A DNA stretch of 64,000 bases, taken from positions 516,919 to 580,918 of the forward strand of contig JAHPZA010000003.1 in NCBI GenBank assembly GCA_019058445.1, written 5' to 3'. The stretch is from Promethearchaeota archaeon (lineage in GTDB: Archaea > Asgardarchaeota > Lokiarchaeia > Sigyniarchaeales > SOKP01). Positions 47,400 to 57,291 of the stretch are shown in pieces. Numbering within the stretch: the first letter of the stretch is position 1; each line of letters begins with the position of its first letter. The notes beneath the pieces were generated by a model. It made no database searches. It was given only the letters and a program-made list of their open reading frames with translations, and was not told the origin of the DNA. The position numbers were made by a program, and so were the translations under genes.

Positions 47400-48434
47400 T
47401 TGGTCGACCTTAATAACTCTAAACACTCAGAAGAGAAACATATAGAAGAAGTTGTTATAGTTTATGTGTTGTATTTTGATGAGGCAAGAGGACATATACC
47501 ACTTTTGATTTATCCAGATGATAAATATAAAGATGACAAAAAATATATGCGACCAGTTAAATATCATAGTATCTGGTTTTTATCTTCTGATGACCTATCT
47601 GCTTTAGATCACATAGATTTAGAATATAAGGGTTTTACTTATTTTGGAAAGAAAATCTTCACAAAATCAAAACGCAAAAAAAGAAGAGCGGGGCTTGAAG
47701 AGGAAACTCCTGAGACCATTGTAATTATTGTCTCCTTGCCAAATGACATTGAAATCTTTGGGGACGGGCTCATCCGAAAATTAACTGAGGAAATTCAAGA
47801 AAAGTATGATGAGCAGTTATATAAGATTATTGAATGTGAAATTGCTAAAGAGCAGGTAATTAAAACCGAAAAAATAAAGAGTTGTATTCAAGAGGGAACT
47901 ATAATAAAAGAAGAATTAAGATCGTTAATTTCCAAACTAATTAATGATTATTTTGCCTCAGTGGTAAAGCAAAAAGATAGCACCTCAATTAAACAGCAAA
48001 AAGCCATCTCGTTTCTTTCCCTTATAGGGCATGATGTGTCCCATATTATAAGTGGTGTCAGTGATTTTTCATTTTCGAATATTAAGTTATTCGATCCCTC
48101 AAAGTCTGAATCTGATAAAGGTGAGTTGACCCTTAAAGTCCCTCTTTCAATTTCGAGTATTCATATGATCGAAGATAGTAAAGAAATTGAAATCATCGTA
48201 GAAAATAAAACTGACAAGGAATTCAAGAATGTAAGAGTAAAAATCACGCATGTAAAAGAATTTTTTGAAAAAGAAATAATGGATCAATTCATTGATATTT
48301 GGTTTCCACGAGAAGAACTTTTATTTATATCTCCTATTTTACCACAAATAAATGAATACCTCTTTTTTATTATTGATGATAAAAATAAAGATAGATTACT
48401 CTCAAAAAGGATAGATATAAATTTATTAACTTAA
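47400..48434 (+). CDS. Hypothetical protein with possible uDENN/longin-like N-terminal domain
   Basis: 'VYVLYFDEARGHIPLLIYP' resembles the uDENN/longin 'FD...G.....YP' pattern. Start uncertain (TTG 47400 or 47358). Confidence 0.55.
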   Translation: MVDLNNSKHSEEKHIEEVVIVYVLYFDEARGHIPLLIYPDDKYKDDKKYMRPVKYHSIWFLSSDDLSALDHIDLEYKGFTYFGKKIFTKSKRKKRRAGLEEETPETIVIIVSLPNDIEIFGDGLIRKLTEEIQEKYDEQLYKIIECEIAKEQVIKTEKIKSCIQEGTIIKEELRSLISKLINDYFASVVKQKDSTSIKQQKAISFLSLIGHDVSHIISGVSDFSFSNIKLFDPSKSESDKGELTLKVPLSISSIHMIEDSKEIEIIVENKTDKEFKNVRVKITHVKEFFEKEIMDQFIDIWFPREELLFISPILPQINEYLFFIIDDKNKDRLLSKRIDINLLT

Positions 48435-48460
48435 ATAAAAATAAAGTAAGGGAAAAAAAT

Positions 48461-48958
48461 ATGGAAGAACAAGACGAGGAATATGTTGACAAACATGATA
48501 TTATAATCAGAAATTACAGAACTTCTGATTATCAAGCAACATTAGAAATTTTAAGGCAACTCCATAATACATATGATATAGGTTTAAATGAACAAAGATG
48601 GAAAGAATCGTCAGGTCTCCGACAGTTTAAACCAAATCTAAAAAGAATAACACTCATAGCAGAATATAAACCTAATGGCGAGGTTGTTGGAATGGGCATG
48701 CTTGAGGCTGTAAAAAATAATTTAGGTCAATATATTGGTTATTTAGATAATTGGGCTACGAAACGGGAATATATAGGCAAACGAGTAGGCGAAATTCTTG
48801 CAAAACGAGCAATATACATTTTAAAATCATGGGGTTGTGAGTCTGTACGCATTAATATCGGCTATAATGCTGATAAAAAATTAATAAATGTTATTGGAAA
48901 AGTAGGTTTCAATCCAATACTAATTGTACTTGAGAAGAAAATAACTGAAGAAGACTAA
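48461..48958 (+). CDS. GNAT-fold acetyltransferase
   Basis: 'IRNY', 'EVVGMG', 'REYIGKRVGEIL' and 'KVGF'. Confidence 0.7.
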   Translation: MEEQDEEYVDKHDIIIRNYRTSDYQATLEILRQLHNTYDIGLNEQRWKESSGLRQFKPNLKRITLIAEYKPNGEVVGMGMLEAVKNNLGQYIGYLDNWATKREYIGKRVGEILAKRAIYILKSWGCESVRINIGYNADKKLINVIGKVGFNPILIVLEKKITEED

Positions 48959-49183
48959 TCATTATTATCTTTTTTTATAATTTTTAACTATTTTTTGTAT
49001 TTAAATCTCACTTCTAAAAGATTTCGTAAACCAATTAACAATTATCAATTGAAATTTAATAACTTTCGAAATTTTGTTGTCATTTAAATCAAAAGAAATA
49101 TTTTTATCATTTAACATTTCGATTTAATACAATTAAAAATTTTAAATAAAAAATTAAACGTAATCAATAAAAGGTGAAAAATT

Positions 49184-50623
49184 ATAATCGGTATTAAGTC
49201 TTGGGGCGCTTACCTTCCCCGCTATCTATTGCCAAGAGATTTAATCAGTAAAGCATGGGATTTCCCAGCGGTGCCTGGCACTAAAGCAGTTGCCAGTGCT
49301 GATGAAGACTCTATTACAATGGCGGTAGAAGCTGGCTTAGATTGTTTGGTTGGGATTGATCCCAAGAGTATTGATGGTTTATACTATGCTACCACTACAC
49401 AAGTCTACACTGAAAAAGATTCAGCATCACTGATTGCCACTGTACTAGATATGAGGGAGGATATAATAACTACAGATTTTACAGATTCTCTGAAAGCAGG
49501 AACAACTGCTGTATGTAGAGCTGTAGATACAATAAAAGCAAATAAAGATATTAAAAGTATCCTCATACTTGCAGCAGACACGAGAAAACCAGAGCCCTCT
49601 ACGATGTGGGAATTTGGATTTGCTGACGGAGCTGCAGCACTTCTTGTTGCTGAGGGAGACGTCTTACCTGTCTCAATAGAGGATTATTACTCCATTTCTG
49701 CAAATTCGACTGGTCCGTGGAAAAGGACTGAGAAAGACTCATTTATAAGAACTTTTGAGGTAAAAGTGGATGCCCGAATCTATTCCGAAAATATAACTAA
49801 AGTCATGTCTGAACTATTAAAAAGAAATAATTTACAACCAGGAGATATCGGAGCCGCTGCTTATTACTATAATAATCCAAGATTACATGGTAGAATTGCG
49901 AAAATGATGAAATTTGCTGGGGGAGTTGCTCAAAATAGTGTGTTCTTCCAGTTGGGAGACCTTGGAACTCCTATGTCTTTTATTCTTCTAATCTCAGCAT
50001 TGCGAAGACCAAAGCCTGATGCAAAAGTGATTCTAGCAGGATTTGGAGATGGCGCGGATGCAATCTTACTTCAAGTTCGTGATAGAGCCATGTTAAAAGA
50101 TGTGAATAAAAACAGAATGGGTGTTTCAGCACATCAAAAATCAATGATTACCCTCAATAATTATGATTGGTATCTTGAAAATAAAGAACTTCTCGAAAAA
50201 GATAGATATTCTAGAAAAAGCTCAGCCGTTATCCATTGGCGAGAGGCCCCATCTCTTTATAAAATGTACGGAATTAAATGTACAAATTGTGGAACAATCC
50301 AATATCCCCAACAATTCCGATCTTGCTATAAATGCCGTGCAGATGACCAATTTGAGCCAGTAAAACTATCATTAAAAGGCACAATCTTTACGTATACTTT
50401 AGATCATTTAGTCGGTGGAAACTATTATGACACACCTGTACCTCGTTGTGTCATTGATCTTGATGGAGGTGGACGGATTCTCTTAAATATGACGGAAATT
50501 GAAAAACCACAAGAAAATGTACAAATTGGTATGCGCGTAGAATTGGTTTTCAGAAAACAACATGAAAGTGCCGATTTTGTCAATTATTATTGGAGTTGTA
50601 GACCAGAAAGAGGTAGAAAATAA
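49184..50623 (+). CDS. HMG-CoA synthase/FabH-like domain fused to DUF35 (Zn-ribbon + OB-fold)
   Basis: The frame upstream of TTG 49229 encodes the family N-terminus IGIKSWGAYLPRY. Also 'DEDSITMAVEA', 'GAAA', 'CTNCG...CYKC', 'GTIFTYT.D' and 'VELVFRK'. Probable ATA start after AGGTGA. Confidence 0.85.
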   Translation: MIGIKSWGAYLPRYLLPRDLISKAWDFPAVPGTKAVASADEDSITMAVEAGLDCLVGIDPKSIDGLYYATTTQVYTEKDSASLIATVLDMREDIITTDFTDSLKAGTTAVCRAVDTIKANKDIKSILILAADTRKPEPSTMWEFGFADGAAALLVAEGDVLPVSIEDYYSISANSTGPWKRTEKDSFIRTFEVKVDARIYSENITKVMSELLKRNNLQPGDIGAAAYYYNNPRLHGRIAKMMKFAGGVAQNSVFFQLGDLGTPMSFILLISALRRPKPDAKVILAGFGDGADAILLQVRDRAMLKDVNKNRMGVSAHQKSMITLNNYDWYLENKELLEKDRYSRKSSAVIHWREAPSLYKMYGIKCTNCGTIQYPQQFRSCYKCRADDQFEPVKLSLKGTIFTYTLDHLVGGNYYDTPVPRCVIDLDGGGRILLNMTEIEKPQENVQIGMRVELVFRKQHESADFVNYYWSCRPERGRK

Positions 50624-50636
50624 AGGAGGGATAAAA

Positions 50637-51824
50637 ATGGTTAAAAAAGGTATTGCAAATCAAGTTGCCATTATTGGTTGTGATATGACCAAATATGGTG
50701 AATTATGGGATAAAAGTCAATATGATCTGCTCTTCGAAGCTGTTCAAGGTGCTACGAAAGACGCCGGAATCGTTAAAGATGACATTGATGCTGCCTGGTG
50801 TGGTATATTTTATTATTTTACAGGCATGTCAGGGGCAACTGTTGAAGATATGCTAAGATTAGATGGGAAACCAGTTACAAGAACAGAAAATTACTGTGCA
50901 TCGGGAATGGACGCGTTTCGTAATGCTTGTTTTGGTGTTGCAAGTGGAGCATATGATGTAGTACTTGCTTGCGGTGTTGAGAAATTAATGGATGAGGGAA
51001 GCTCTGGATTACCGGGTTTTAAGATTTTTGGACATCCAGTCTTACCTATTCCTTCGGCCCCAGCGATGTTTTCCATGGCCGCAACAAGGAGCTTTCATGA
51101 ATATGGGTGGAATAAGGAGGATTTAGCAAGAGTAGCGGTTAAAAACCATGACAATGGTTCTTACCATCCTAAAGCTCATTTTCGAAGCAAAATCACCATT
51201 GATCAAGCACTAAGAGCTCCTATGATTGCTGACCCACTTGGAAGATTTGACTGTTGTGCTATGAGCGATGGATCAGCAGCTCTCATATTAACAAGAGTGG
51301 AAGATGCTCCCAGCTATGCTCACGGTGATGATTATATCGTTGTAAAAGCAAATGCGATTTCATGCTATACAAATACTCCTTGGTATGTTCCACAAGGTGC
51401 CGTAGGTTGTGATTTTACCCACTTTCCTGCGACAGAAAAGGCAGCTGCAGCGGCTTATAAAGAAGCAGGTATTACAGACCCAAGAAAGGAAATTGATTTA
51501 GCAGAAGTTCATGATTGTTTTACTATCACTGAATTACTAAATTGCCAAGATTTACAATTTTGCGACCGAGGTCAAGCAGCTGAGGAATTAAAGAACGGAA
51601 CTTTTAATTGGGATGGAGAAACAGCTGTAAATCCCTCCGGAGGATTAAAATCTTTTGGTCATCCCATCGGTAGTACTGGCTGTAGAATGTTAACTGAAGT
51701 TACTAAACATCTCCAGAATCGAGCCGAGGGTAGACAAGTTCCTGATGCAAAAATCGGTTTAGGTCATAATCTGGGTGGAGCATTTAGTGTGTGCAGTGTA
51801 AGTATTTTAGGACAAGCTAAATAA
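50637..51824 (+). CDS. SCP2-type/archaeal thiolase (acetyl-CoA acyltransferase)
   Basis: 'ENYCASG', 'GVEK', 'SDGSAA', 'EVHDCF', 'NPSGGL..FGHP' and 'HNLGG'. ATG 50637 follows a GGAGG ribosome-binding site. Confidence 0.9.
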   Translation: MVKKGIANQVAIIGCDMTKYGELWDKSQYDLLFEAVQGATKDAGIVKDDIDAAWCGIFYYFTGMSGATVEDMLRLDGKPVTRTENYCASGMDAFRNACFGVASGAYDVVLACGVEKLMDEGSSGLPGFKIFGHPVLPIPSAPAMFSMAATRSFHEYGWNKEDLARVAVKNHDNGSYHPKAHFRSKITIDQALRAPMIADPLGRFDCCAMSDGSAALILTRVEDAPSYAHGDDYIVVKANAISCYTNTPWYVPQGAVGCDFTHFPATEKAAAAAYKEAGITDPRKEIDLAEVHDCFTITELLNCQDLQFCDRGQAAEELKNGTFNWDGETAVNPSGGLKSFGHPIGSTGCRMLTEVTKHLQNRAEGRQVPDAKIGLGHNLGGAFSVCSVSILGQAK

Positions 51825-51835
51825 TCTTAATTCTT

Positions 51836-51870
51836 AACTCTTTTTTTCTTTTTTTTGTTTATCTTTTTTA
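51836..51870 (+). terminator. Oligo-T terminator candidate after the thiolase
   Basis: Three T-runs of 6-8 nt directly downstream of the stop. Confidence 0.4.
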
Positions 51871-52455
51871 TTAAGCGAATTTTCAACATTATCACTTGTC
51901 GTGTTAATCGGTATTTTATGAATATATCCTTTAACTATAACATAATGGTAATTAGTTTGCTTTGTCATGAGTTCTTAAAAATAAAGATAATGGTTTAAAG
52001 ATTAGGAGGGTTAAAAATTTGAGAATAAATTGATAATTAAAATTATTATATTAATAGATCAAATATCAGAAATTATGGCTTTATTCTCTTGTTTGAGTGA
52101 AAACTTTCTTACAAGCATATTATAAGAAATACATTTCATCCAGAACATTAAATAAATCTATAATTCCCCGATATAATAAGAATTGATTAACATATCAATA
52201 AGTTTTAGATGTTTAAATCTTAATATTATTATTTAAATAGAAATTCGTGTAACTATATTTTAACAAATCAGAGCTGCAATTATTGCTAATCAAAGGATAA
52301 AAAATTATCCCCTTTTTTTTGAATGGCTTAAAAGTAAGAATTTTAAATCTTTGGTTATTTTGCTATTTAGTATAAAAAATAAGAAATTAATCTTATATTT
52401 CATAGTAATTAATACATATAATATCAAAGCTTATCTAATTTATAAAAGAGGAAAA

Positions 52456-52674
52456 GTGGAAAAATTGCCGAATTGTTATTTATGTGATAAACCTGCTGAA
52501 ATAATGTGTCTTAAATGTAATCAGGATGTGTGTAAAGATCATTTTACCCAAATGGGTATTTGTACAGACTGCTATGAAAGGAGATTAAAGCAAGTAAAAA
52601 ATGTTATGACTGCCATCATTATCCTTGCTTTAATAGGAATTCCCGTGATTTTATTTAGTGTATTTTTTCTTTAA
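52456..52674 (+). CDS. Small zinc-finger (B-box-like) protein with C-terminal membrane anchor
   Basis: CYLC-x7-CLKC-x4-CKDH-x6-CTDC followed by a hydrophobic tail. Start at GTG 52456 or TTG 52465; the upstream part of the ORF-track call is AT-rich and probably non-coding. Confidence 0.65.
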   Translation: MEKLPNCYLCDKPAEIMCLKCNQDVCKDHFTQMGICTDCYERRLKQVKNVMTAIIILALIGIPVILFSVFFL

Positions 52675-52823
52675 ACATAATTGTAAGAATAAAAAAATTA
52701 TATTTCTATCCTTTAGATCTCATTAGAATTCAATCTAACTACATTAGTTTATATATACTCCCTACTAATTATCTTATAGAAAGTTAAGGTTTTTATTATC
52801 TTAAGTTTAATCTGAAAATCGTA

Positions 52824-53330
52824 ATGAGCATGCCTGATTGTAGGTATTGTGGTAAAAATACGGGATATTTACCATTTATATGTAAATTTTGTGGTATGTC
52901 CTTTTGTAAATCGCACAGATTGCCAGAGAACCACGATTGTCCTTTCGATATCATGTCAAAAGATGGGAATGTTGACAAAAACTATATTCTTTATCAAGAT
53001 GCTTTTGAATTAATGAATAATGATCTTACAATAGATAAGATCTTTTATTATGTCCAATCTAAACAATTAAACAAGAAAGAAGCTACGCACCTGTTAAATT
53101 CGTTTCTAGAGAATAGTAATGAGGTCGAAGTGCGAAAAATATGTCTCATGGCAATTAAGTTACTGGAGCTTAAGACCGATAAAGCTTATATAATTCTTGA
53201 AAATTGCTTATTTTCTGATGAAGATCCCGAGGTGAGACGTGTAGCAGCACGTGTATTAGCATCTAATTTTCCCAAAAAAAGCAAGGATGCCTTAAAATGG
53301 GCTTATGAACATGATAAAAGCCTTTCTTGA
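52824..53330 (+). CDS. AN1-type zinc finger + HEAT-like repeat protein
   Basis: 'CRYC...LPFICKFCGMSFCKSHRLPENHDC' and 'SDEDPEVRRVAARVL'. Confidence 0.85.
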   Translation: MSMPDCRYCGKNTGYLPFICKFCGMSFCKSHRLPENHDCPFDIMSKDGNVDKNYILYQDAFELMNNDLTIDKIFYYVQSKQLNKKEATHLLNSFLENSNEVEVRKICLMAIKLLELKTDKAYIILENCLFSDEDPEVRRVAARVLASNFPKKSKDALKWAYEHDKSLS

Positions 53331-53447
53331 ATAAAAAATCGAAAATTTGGGGTAGTCAGTTGATTTTATAACCATAAATCATTTTTTTACAATGCGAGAG
53401 TTTTCAATTTCATATCTAATGTAAAAATTCTGAAATTATAGATACAA

Positions 53448-53744
53448 ATGATAAAAAAACATCGTTCTGGTAAAATTAAGCTACCGGTATTTGAATATAG
53501 TTGGTCGAAAGAGATTGATAAAGAAGTACCTAATATCAAGGTGATTCAAGATCAAATAAATACTTTTTTATTCGTGATTCAAAAAAAAGAGAACTTTAAG
53601 ATAAATGATTTAAGAAATGAGTTTAAATCATTTGTGAAATTAATGGTTAGGCGAGGTCATATAACAAGATTAGAAGAAAACTATCAAGATAAATTTTTAG
53701 AAATAACTAACTTTGTAAAAGAATATTGGTATAATAAAACCTAA
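53448..53744 (+). CDS. Hypothetical protein
   Basis: 98-aa ORF filling the space between genes, with no motif recognised. Confidence 0.5.
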   Translation: MIKKHRSGKIKLPVFEYSWSKEIDKEVPNIKVIQDQINTFLFVIQKKENFKINDLRNEFKSFVKLMVRRGHITRLEENYQDKFLEITNFVKEYWYNKT

Positions 53745-53762
53745 AAATAGTTGTAAAGCATG

Positions 53763-54317
53763 TTATTGAGCGCTTAGTCCCTTATATTTATGATATAATT
53801 CTTTAATAAGAGTTTGGAACGCTTTAATAACGTCTTCCCCTGTCTTAGCAGAAGTTTTATAGTACCCTATAAACCCATATTTCTTTAGGATTTTTAGAAC
53901 TTTTTTTTCTTTCAGTTTCTTTTTATCTATTAAATCAACTTTATTTCCCAATAAAATAATTGGTACATCACCACAATATAATTTGATATCCTCGTACCAT
54001 TCGTCGACATGTTCAAAACTTTTCTTTCCATGACTCGAATCTTCAATAGAATATACAACGATTGCCGCTCTACTCCCTTGATAAAAAGCAGGACGTAGGA
54101 AATGAAACGTATCTTGACCTGCTATATCCCAAAAAAATAATTCGATTTTATCTCCATTTATCTCATCCTCAAAGCTTGATAATTGCGCACCTATCGTCTG
54201 AATATAATTTTCTTGAAAAGTGCCTTGAGTAAACTTCATAATTAATGAAGTTTTACCTACTGCGGAATCTCCAACCACGACAATTTTGAAAACAAATTTG
54301 TCTTTATTATCAGTCAA
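53763..54317 (-). CDS. Rab-like small GTPase (Ras superfamily)
   Basis: G1 GDSAVGKTS, G2 TIG, G3 WDIAGQ, G4 NKVD, G5 TSAK. TTG start. No C-terminal prenylation cysteines. Confidence 0.93.
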   Translation of the reverse strand: MTDNKDKFVFKIVVVGDSAVGKTSLIMKFTQGTFQENYIQTIGAQLSSFEDEINGDKIELFFWDIAGQDTFHFLRPAFYQGSRAAIVVYSIEDSSHGKKSFEHVDEWYEDIKLYCGDVPIILLGNKVDLIDKKKLKEKKVLKILKKYGFIGYYKTSAKTGEDVIKAFQTLIKELYHKYKGLSAQ

Positions 54318-54534
54318 TAAATCACACTTCTAAAATTGTATCATGAAAATTTAAGTATTTGAAATACAAATTATTTTTTAAATAAAGTTAGATAACATTG
54401 ATAAAAAAAATCTTTTCTTTCTTAAATATTTATAAGACTGTTTTCTTGGCTATTTATTTATTTGTATTCATTTTATAAAAATAATTGAAACATAAAAACG
54501 AAAGATCTAATTTAGAATAAAAAAGGGATGGTTT

Positions 54535-55305
54535 ATGCCAGAAAGATTAAGTTCAAATATGGAAGTTTATTTTGGTTTATTTGGGGCTCTTACAACAGCG
54601 ATCTGTGTATTCACTGCTGCGCTTCTTACGCCCGATTATGATTTTACCATATATTATGTAAGCGATTTAGGATCCATGCAATTTAAATCATTATTCAGTA
54701 TTGGGTTTGTTATTGGTGGTGCATTAGGGATCCCATTTTTTATTTACCTCGAGAGAGAATTGATTAATGTAAATCATTCAATTAGAAGACTGGCGACTGG
54801 CGCGTCTATATTTACATCTGTTTGTGTTGCATTAGTAGGAATCATACCTGATGAGACCTATCTTCAGATTTTTCTCATATTTCATGGCTTTGTTGCATCC
54901 ATTGCCTTTATTGGCTCTTGTATTTACATCAGCCTTTATAGCTATTTAATGTATAAGGGTCCTAAATCTAAACTGTACACAGGCCCCATGTTTAAGAAAA
55001 TATTAGCCTATTTCGGTTTCAGTATTAATATCCCCTTGGTTCTCTTTTATATGACCTGGTCATCTGTGATAGAATGGATTTTGTTTGTTGTAATATTTTT
55101 GTGGGTGGTACTGACAGCGATTACATTATTAGAATTCCGGTTTTTCAATATCGCAGGGGTTTACTATAGACGTGGAAAATTCCCCGAGGCGCTCGAAAGG
55201 TTTGAAGAATCTCTCAAAATATTGAATAAGTTAGACTTAAAAGAACATCCAATAGCAGAGACAATTAAAGAAAATATTGAATATCTCAAGAAAAAAGTAA
55301 CCTAA
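54535..55305 (+). CDS. DUF998/Frag1-DRAM-like membrane protein with C-terminal TPR-like helix pair
   Basis: 'YVSDLG', 'H...A.IAF' and 'EW' in 6 TM helices, then 'NIAGVYYRRGKFPEALERFEESLKI...HP'. Confidence 0.7.
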   Translation: MPERLSSNMEVYFGLFGALTTAICVFTAALLTPDYDFTIYYVSDLGSMQFKSLFSIGFVIGGALGIPFFIYLERELINVNHSIRRLATGASIFTSVCVALVGIIPDETYLQIFLIFHGFVASIAFIGSCIYISLYSYLMYKGPKSKLYTGPMFKKILAYFGFSINIPLVLFYMTWSSVIEWILFVVIFLWVVLTAITLLEFRFFNIAGVYYRRGKFPEALERFEESLKILNKLDLKEHPIAETIKENIEYLKKKVT

Positions 55306-55421
55306 TAATAATAAACCTTCTTTTTCAATTAATTTCAGCAAAGATTATTTGAAAAACGAATTCTTTTTAGGAATTATTACAATAAAGCTTAATATTGATA
55401 ATTTCTCATTAAATTCTTGGA

Positions 55422-56336
55422 ATGATACAATTTGTAATAAACAACTTTCTCTGTCTAAAATTAGAAAATAATAGAACAAATATTTATGTCAATAAAGAAT
55501 TGTTTTTACAATGTAAATATCTCTTACTTAATCTATCTGAGAGTGAATTAAAATCCACTACTTTAATAAATTCTATCGATGAAGCGGCAGGATTATTAGA
55601 TAAGTCCTTAGAAAGGCATAATCATTCTATTGAGTTATTAACTCCAGAAGCTCAATTTTGGGGACATTGCTCAAATTTACAGGCATGGTATGAAAATGAT
55701 TATGATACACGTTTACTTCATAGTAATTTAGCATTTCCGTTATTAAAAAAATTGGCCGAAGCGGGTGACACACGAGCAAAAAAAGTTTTTAAAGATGAAA
55801 TTGCTAAAAGATTTGAGAAAGGAAACTTAAATTCAGTTAGATATTTCCTTGAAAATGGTTATTTAACTTACCTAAATAAAGAAGAATTGGAATGTCTCTT
55901 GGAACAAACAACTTTTAATTTAACTGCTAATATTATCATTGAGCTCCAATCAGTATGGGATGAACTTTCAGATAAAAAGTATTTGAAAATTGGAAGCATT
56001 ATAGAAATTCTCTTATTTTTTGCTTTAAAATGTAATATAAATAATTTTTTTCAAATCATTGAACGCTTACCAGAAAATATGAAAGAAGAGTTTGTAAAAC
56101 GAATAATACTTTTTTTAAATTACCAGGAATTTGACCATTATAAAGTTCCCTATGGTAGATTTTTTCTTTTTTTTGAAAAATTTCTAAATTATGTCTATGA
56201 TAATTTTCCAAAAATCTATAAGTACCTCAATTTAATCAATAGTGGATATCTTAATGGCACACTTTCTAAAGATGATAAATTTACAATTGGTACTAAATTC
56301 TCTTATCCCTCTAATAGTTCACTTTCAAATTATTGA
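55422..56336 (+). CDS. Lokiarchaeia-type conserved hypothetical protein (domain often attached to LRRs)
   Basis: 'LKLE..TNIYV...F.QCKYLLL', 'SIDEA' and 'FWGHCSNLQAWYENDYDTRLLHSNLAFPLLKKL'. Family recalled from memory. Confidence 0.7.
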   Translation: MIQFVINNFLCLKLENNRTNIYVNKELFLQCKYLLLNLSESELKSTTLINSIDEAAGLLDKSLERHNHSIELLTPEAQFWGHCSNLQAWYENDYDTRLLHSNLAFPLLKKLAEAGDTRAKKVFKDEIAKRFEKGNLNSVRYFLENGYLTYLNKEELECLLEQTTFNLTANIIIELQSVWDELSDKKYLKIGSIIEILLFFALKCNINNFFQIIERLPENMKEEFVKRIILFLNYQEFDHYKVPYGRFFLFFEKFLNYVYDNFPKIYKYLNLINSGYLNGTLSKDDKFTIGTKFSYPSNSSLSNY

Positions 56337-56391
56337 ATTTTTATTAATTATTGTCAAAAACTATTTAATTTTAAAATAATTTGTTTTAATT

Positions 56392-57246
56392 ATGAGTAAT
56401 ACTGAGTTTAATCAGTTCAAGGGGAATGTTAACACAGAACGAGTTCGTTACATTGCCGATCCTCAGTTAAGAAATATTGTCAACGTCTCTATCGCTCTAG
56501 CGAGACCTCTTCTCGTAAAAGGGGAACCAGGTACAGGAAAAACATTATTATCTCATGCTATAGCGGAAGCCCTCGGTAAGCAATTGATCATTTGGAACAT
56601 AAAGAGTACAACTGAAGCAATTGACGGTTGCTATATGTACGATACAGTCCAAAGATTAAATGACAGTCGATTTGGGTGCGAAGATAGGGATGTTGATAAC
56701 ATTAAAGACTATATTACCCTTGGACCCTTAGGCGAAGCATTTGTGTCAGACGAACAGGTTGTTCTTTTGATTGATGAAGTTGATAAGGCAGATATCGAGT
56801 TTCCAAACGATTTATTACAAGAACTTGATGTAATGGAATTCTATATTAAAGAAACCAAAGAATTTATAAAGGCGAAACATAGACCTATCGTGATCATTAC
56901 ATCTAATAACGAAAAAGAGTTACCTGATGCCTTTTTAAGAAGATGCGTATTTCACTGGATTGAATTTCCCTCAAAGGAATTTATGGCTGAAATTTGCAGA
57001 TTGCATTATCCGAATTTGAAACAAAATTTACTGGATCAATGTCTTAAGAATTTTTATCTTTTAAGAACCATAACCAAACTTAGAAAAATGCCATCTACAT
57101 CAGAATTACTGGATTGGATTGGAGTGCTCTTGAAATCTGGTATAACTGTCGAAGAATTGAAAAAAGGTATACCTTTTCTAGGTGTTTTAATTAAAAAAGA
57201 AAAGGATTTGGAAATTGCCATTGAAAAAGCTAAATTTCCTTCTTAA
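56392..57246 (+). CDS. MoxR family AAA+ ATPase (CoxD-like)
   Basis: Walker A GEPGTGKT, Walker B LLIDEVDK and 'ELPDAFLRRC'. Confidence 0.9.
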   Translation: MSNTEFNQFKGNVNTERVRYIADPQLRNIVNVSIALARPLLVKGEPGTGKTLLSHAIAEALGKQLIIWNIKSTTEAIDGCYMYDTVQRLNDSRFGCEDRDVDNIKDYITLGPLGEAFVSDEQVVLLIDEVDKADIEFPNDLLQELDVMEFYIKETKEFIKAKHRPIVIITSNNEKELPDAFLRRCVFHWIEFPSKEFMAEICRLHYPNLKQNLLDQCLKNFYLLRTITKLRKMPSTSELLDWIGVLLKSGITVEELKKGIPFLGVLIKKEKDLEIAIEKAKFPS

Positions 57247-57291
57247 TTCTTTATATTTTTTCAAATAATTAAATAAAAGAAGAATTTTTTC

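Noticed and set aside
50562-50636. Overlap of the thiolase ORF with the upstream gene
   Set aside because: The GGAGG-preceded ATG at 50637 is the better start.
51871-52455. About 0.6 kb non-coding stretch as a decayed membrane-protein gene or ncRNA
   Set aside because: The minus-strand reading is hydrophobic with several stops, which is expected in very AT-rich DNA. I recognised no motif or GC-rich stem.
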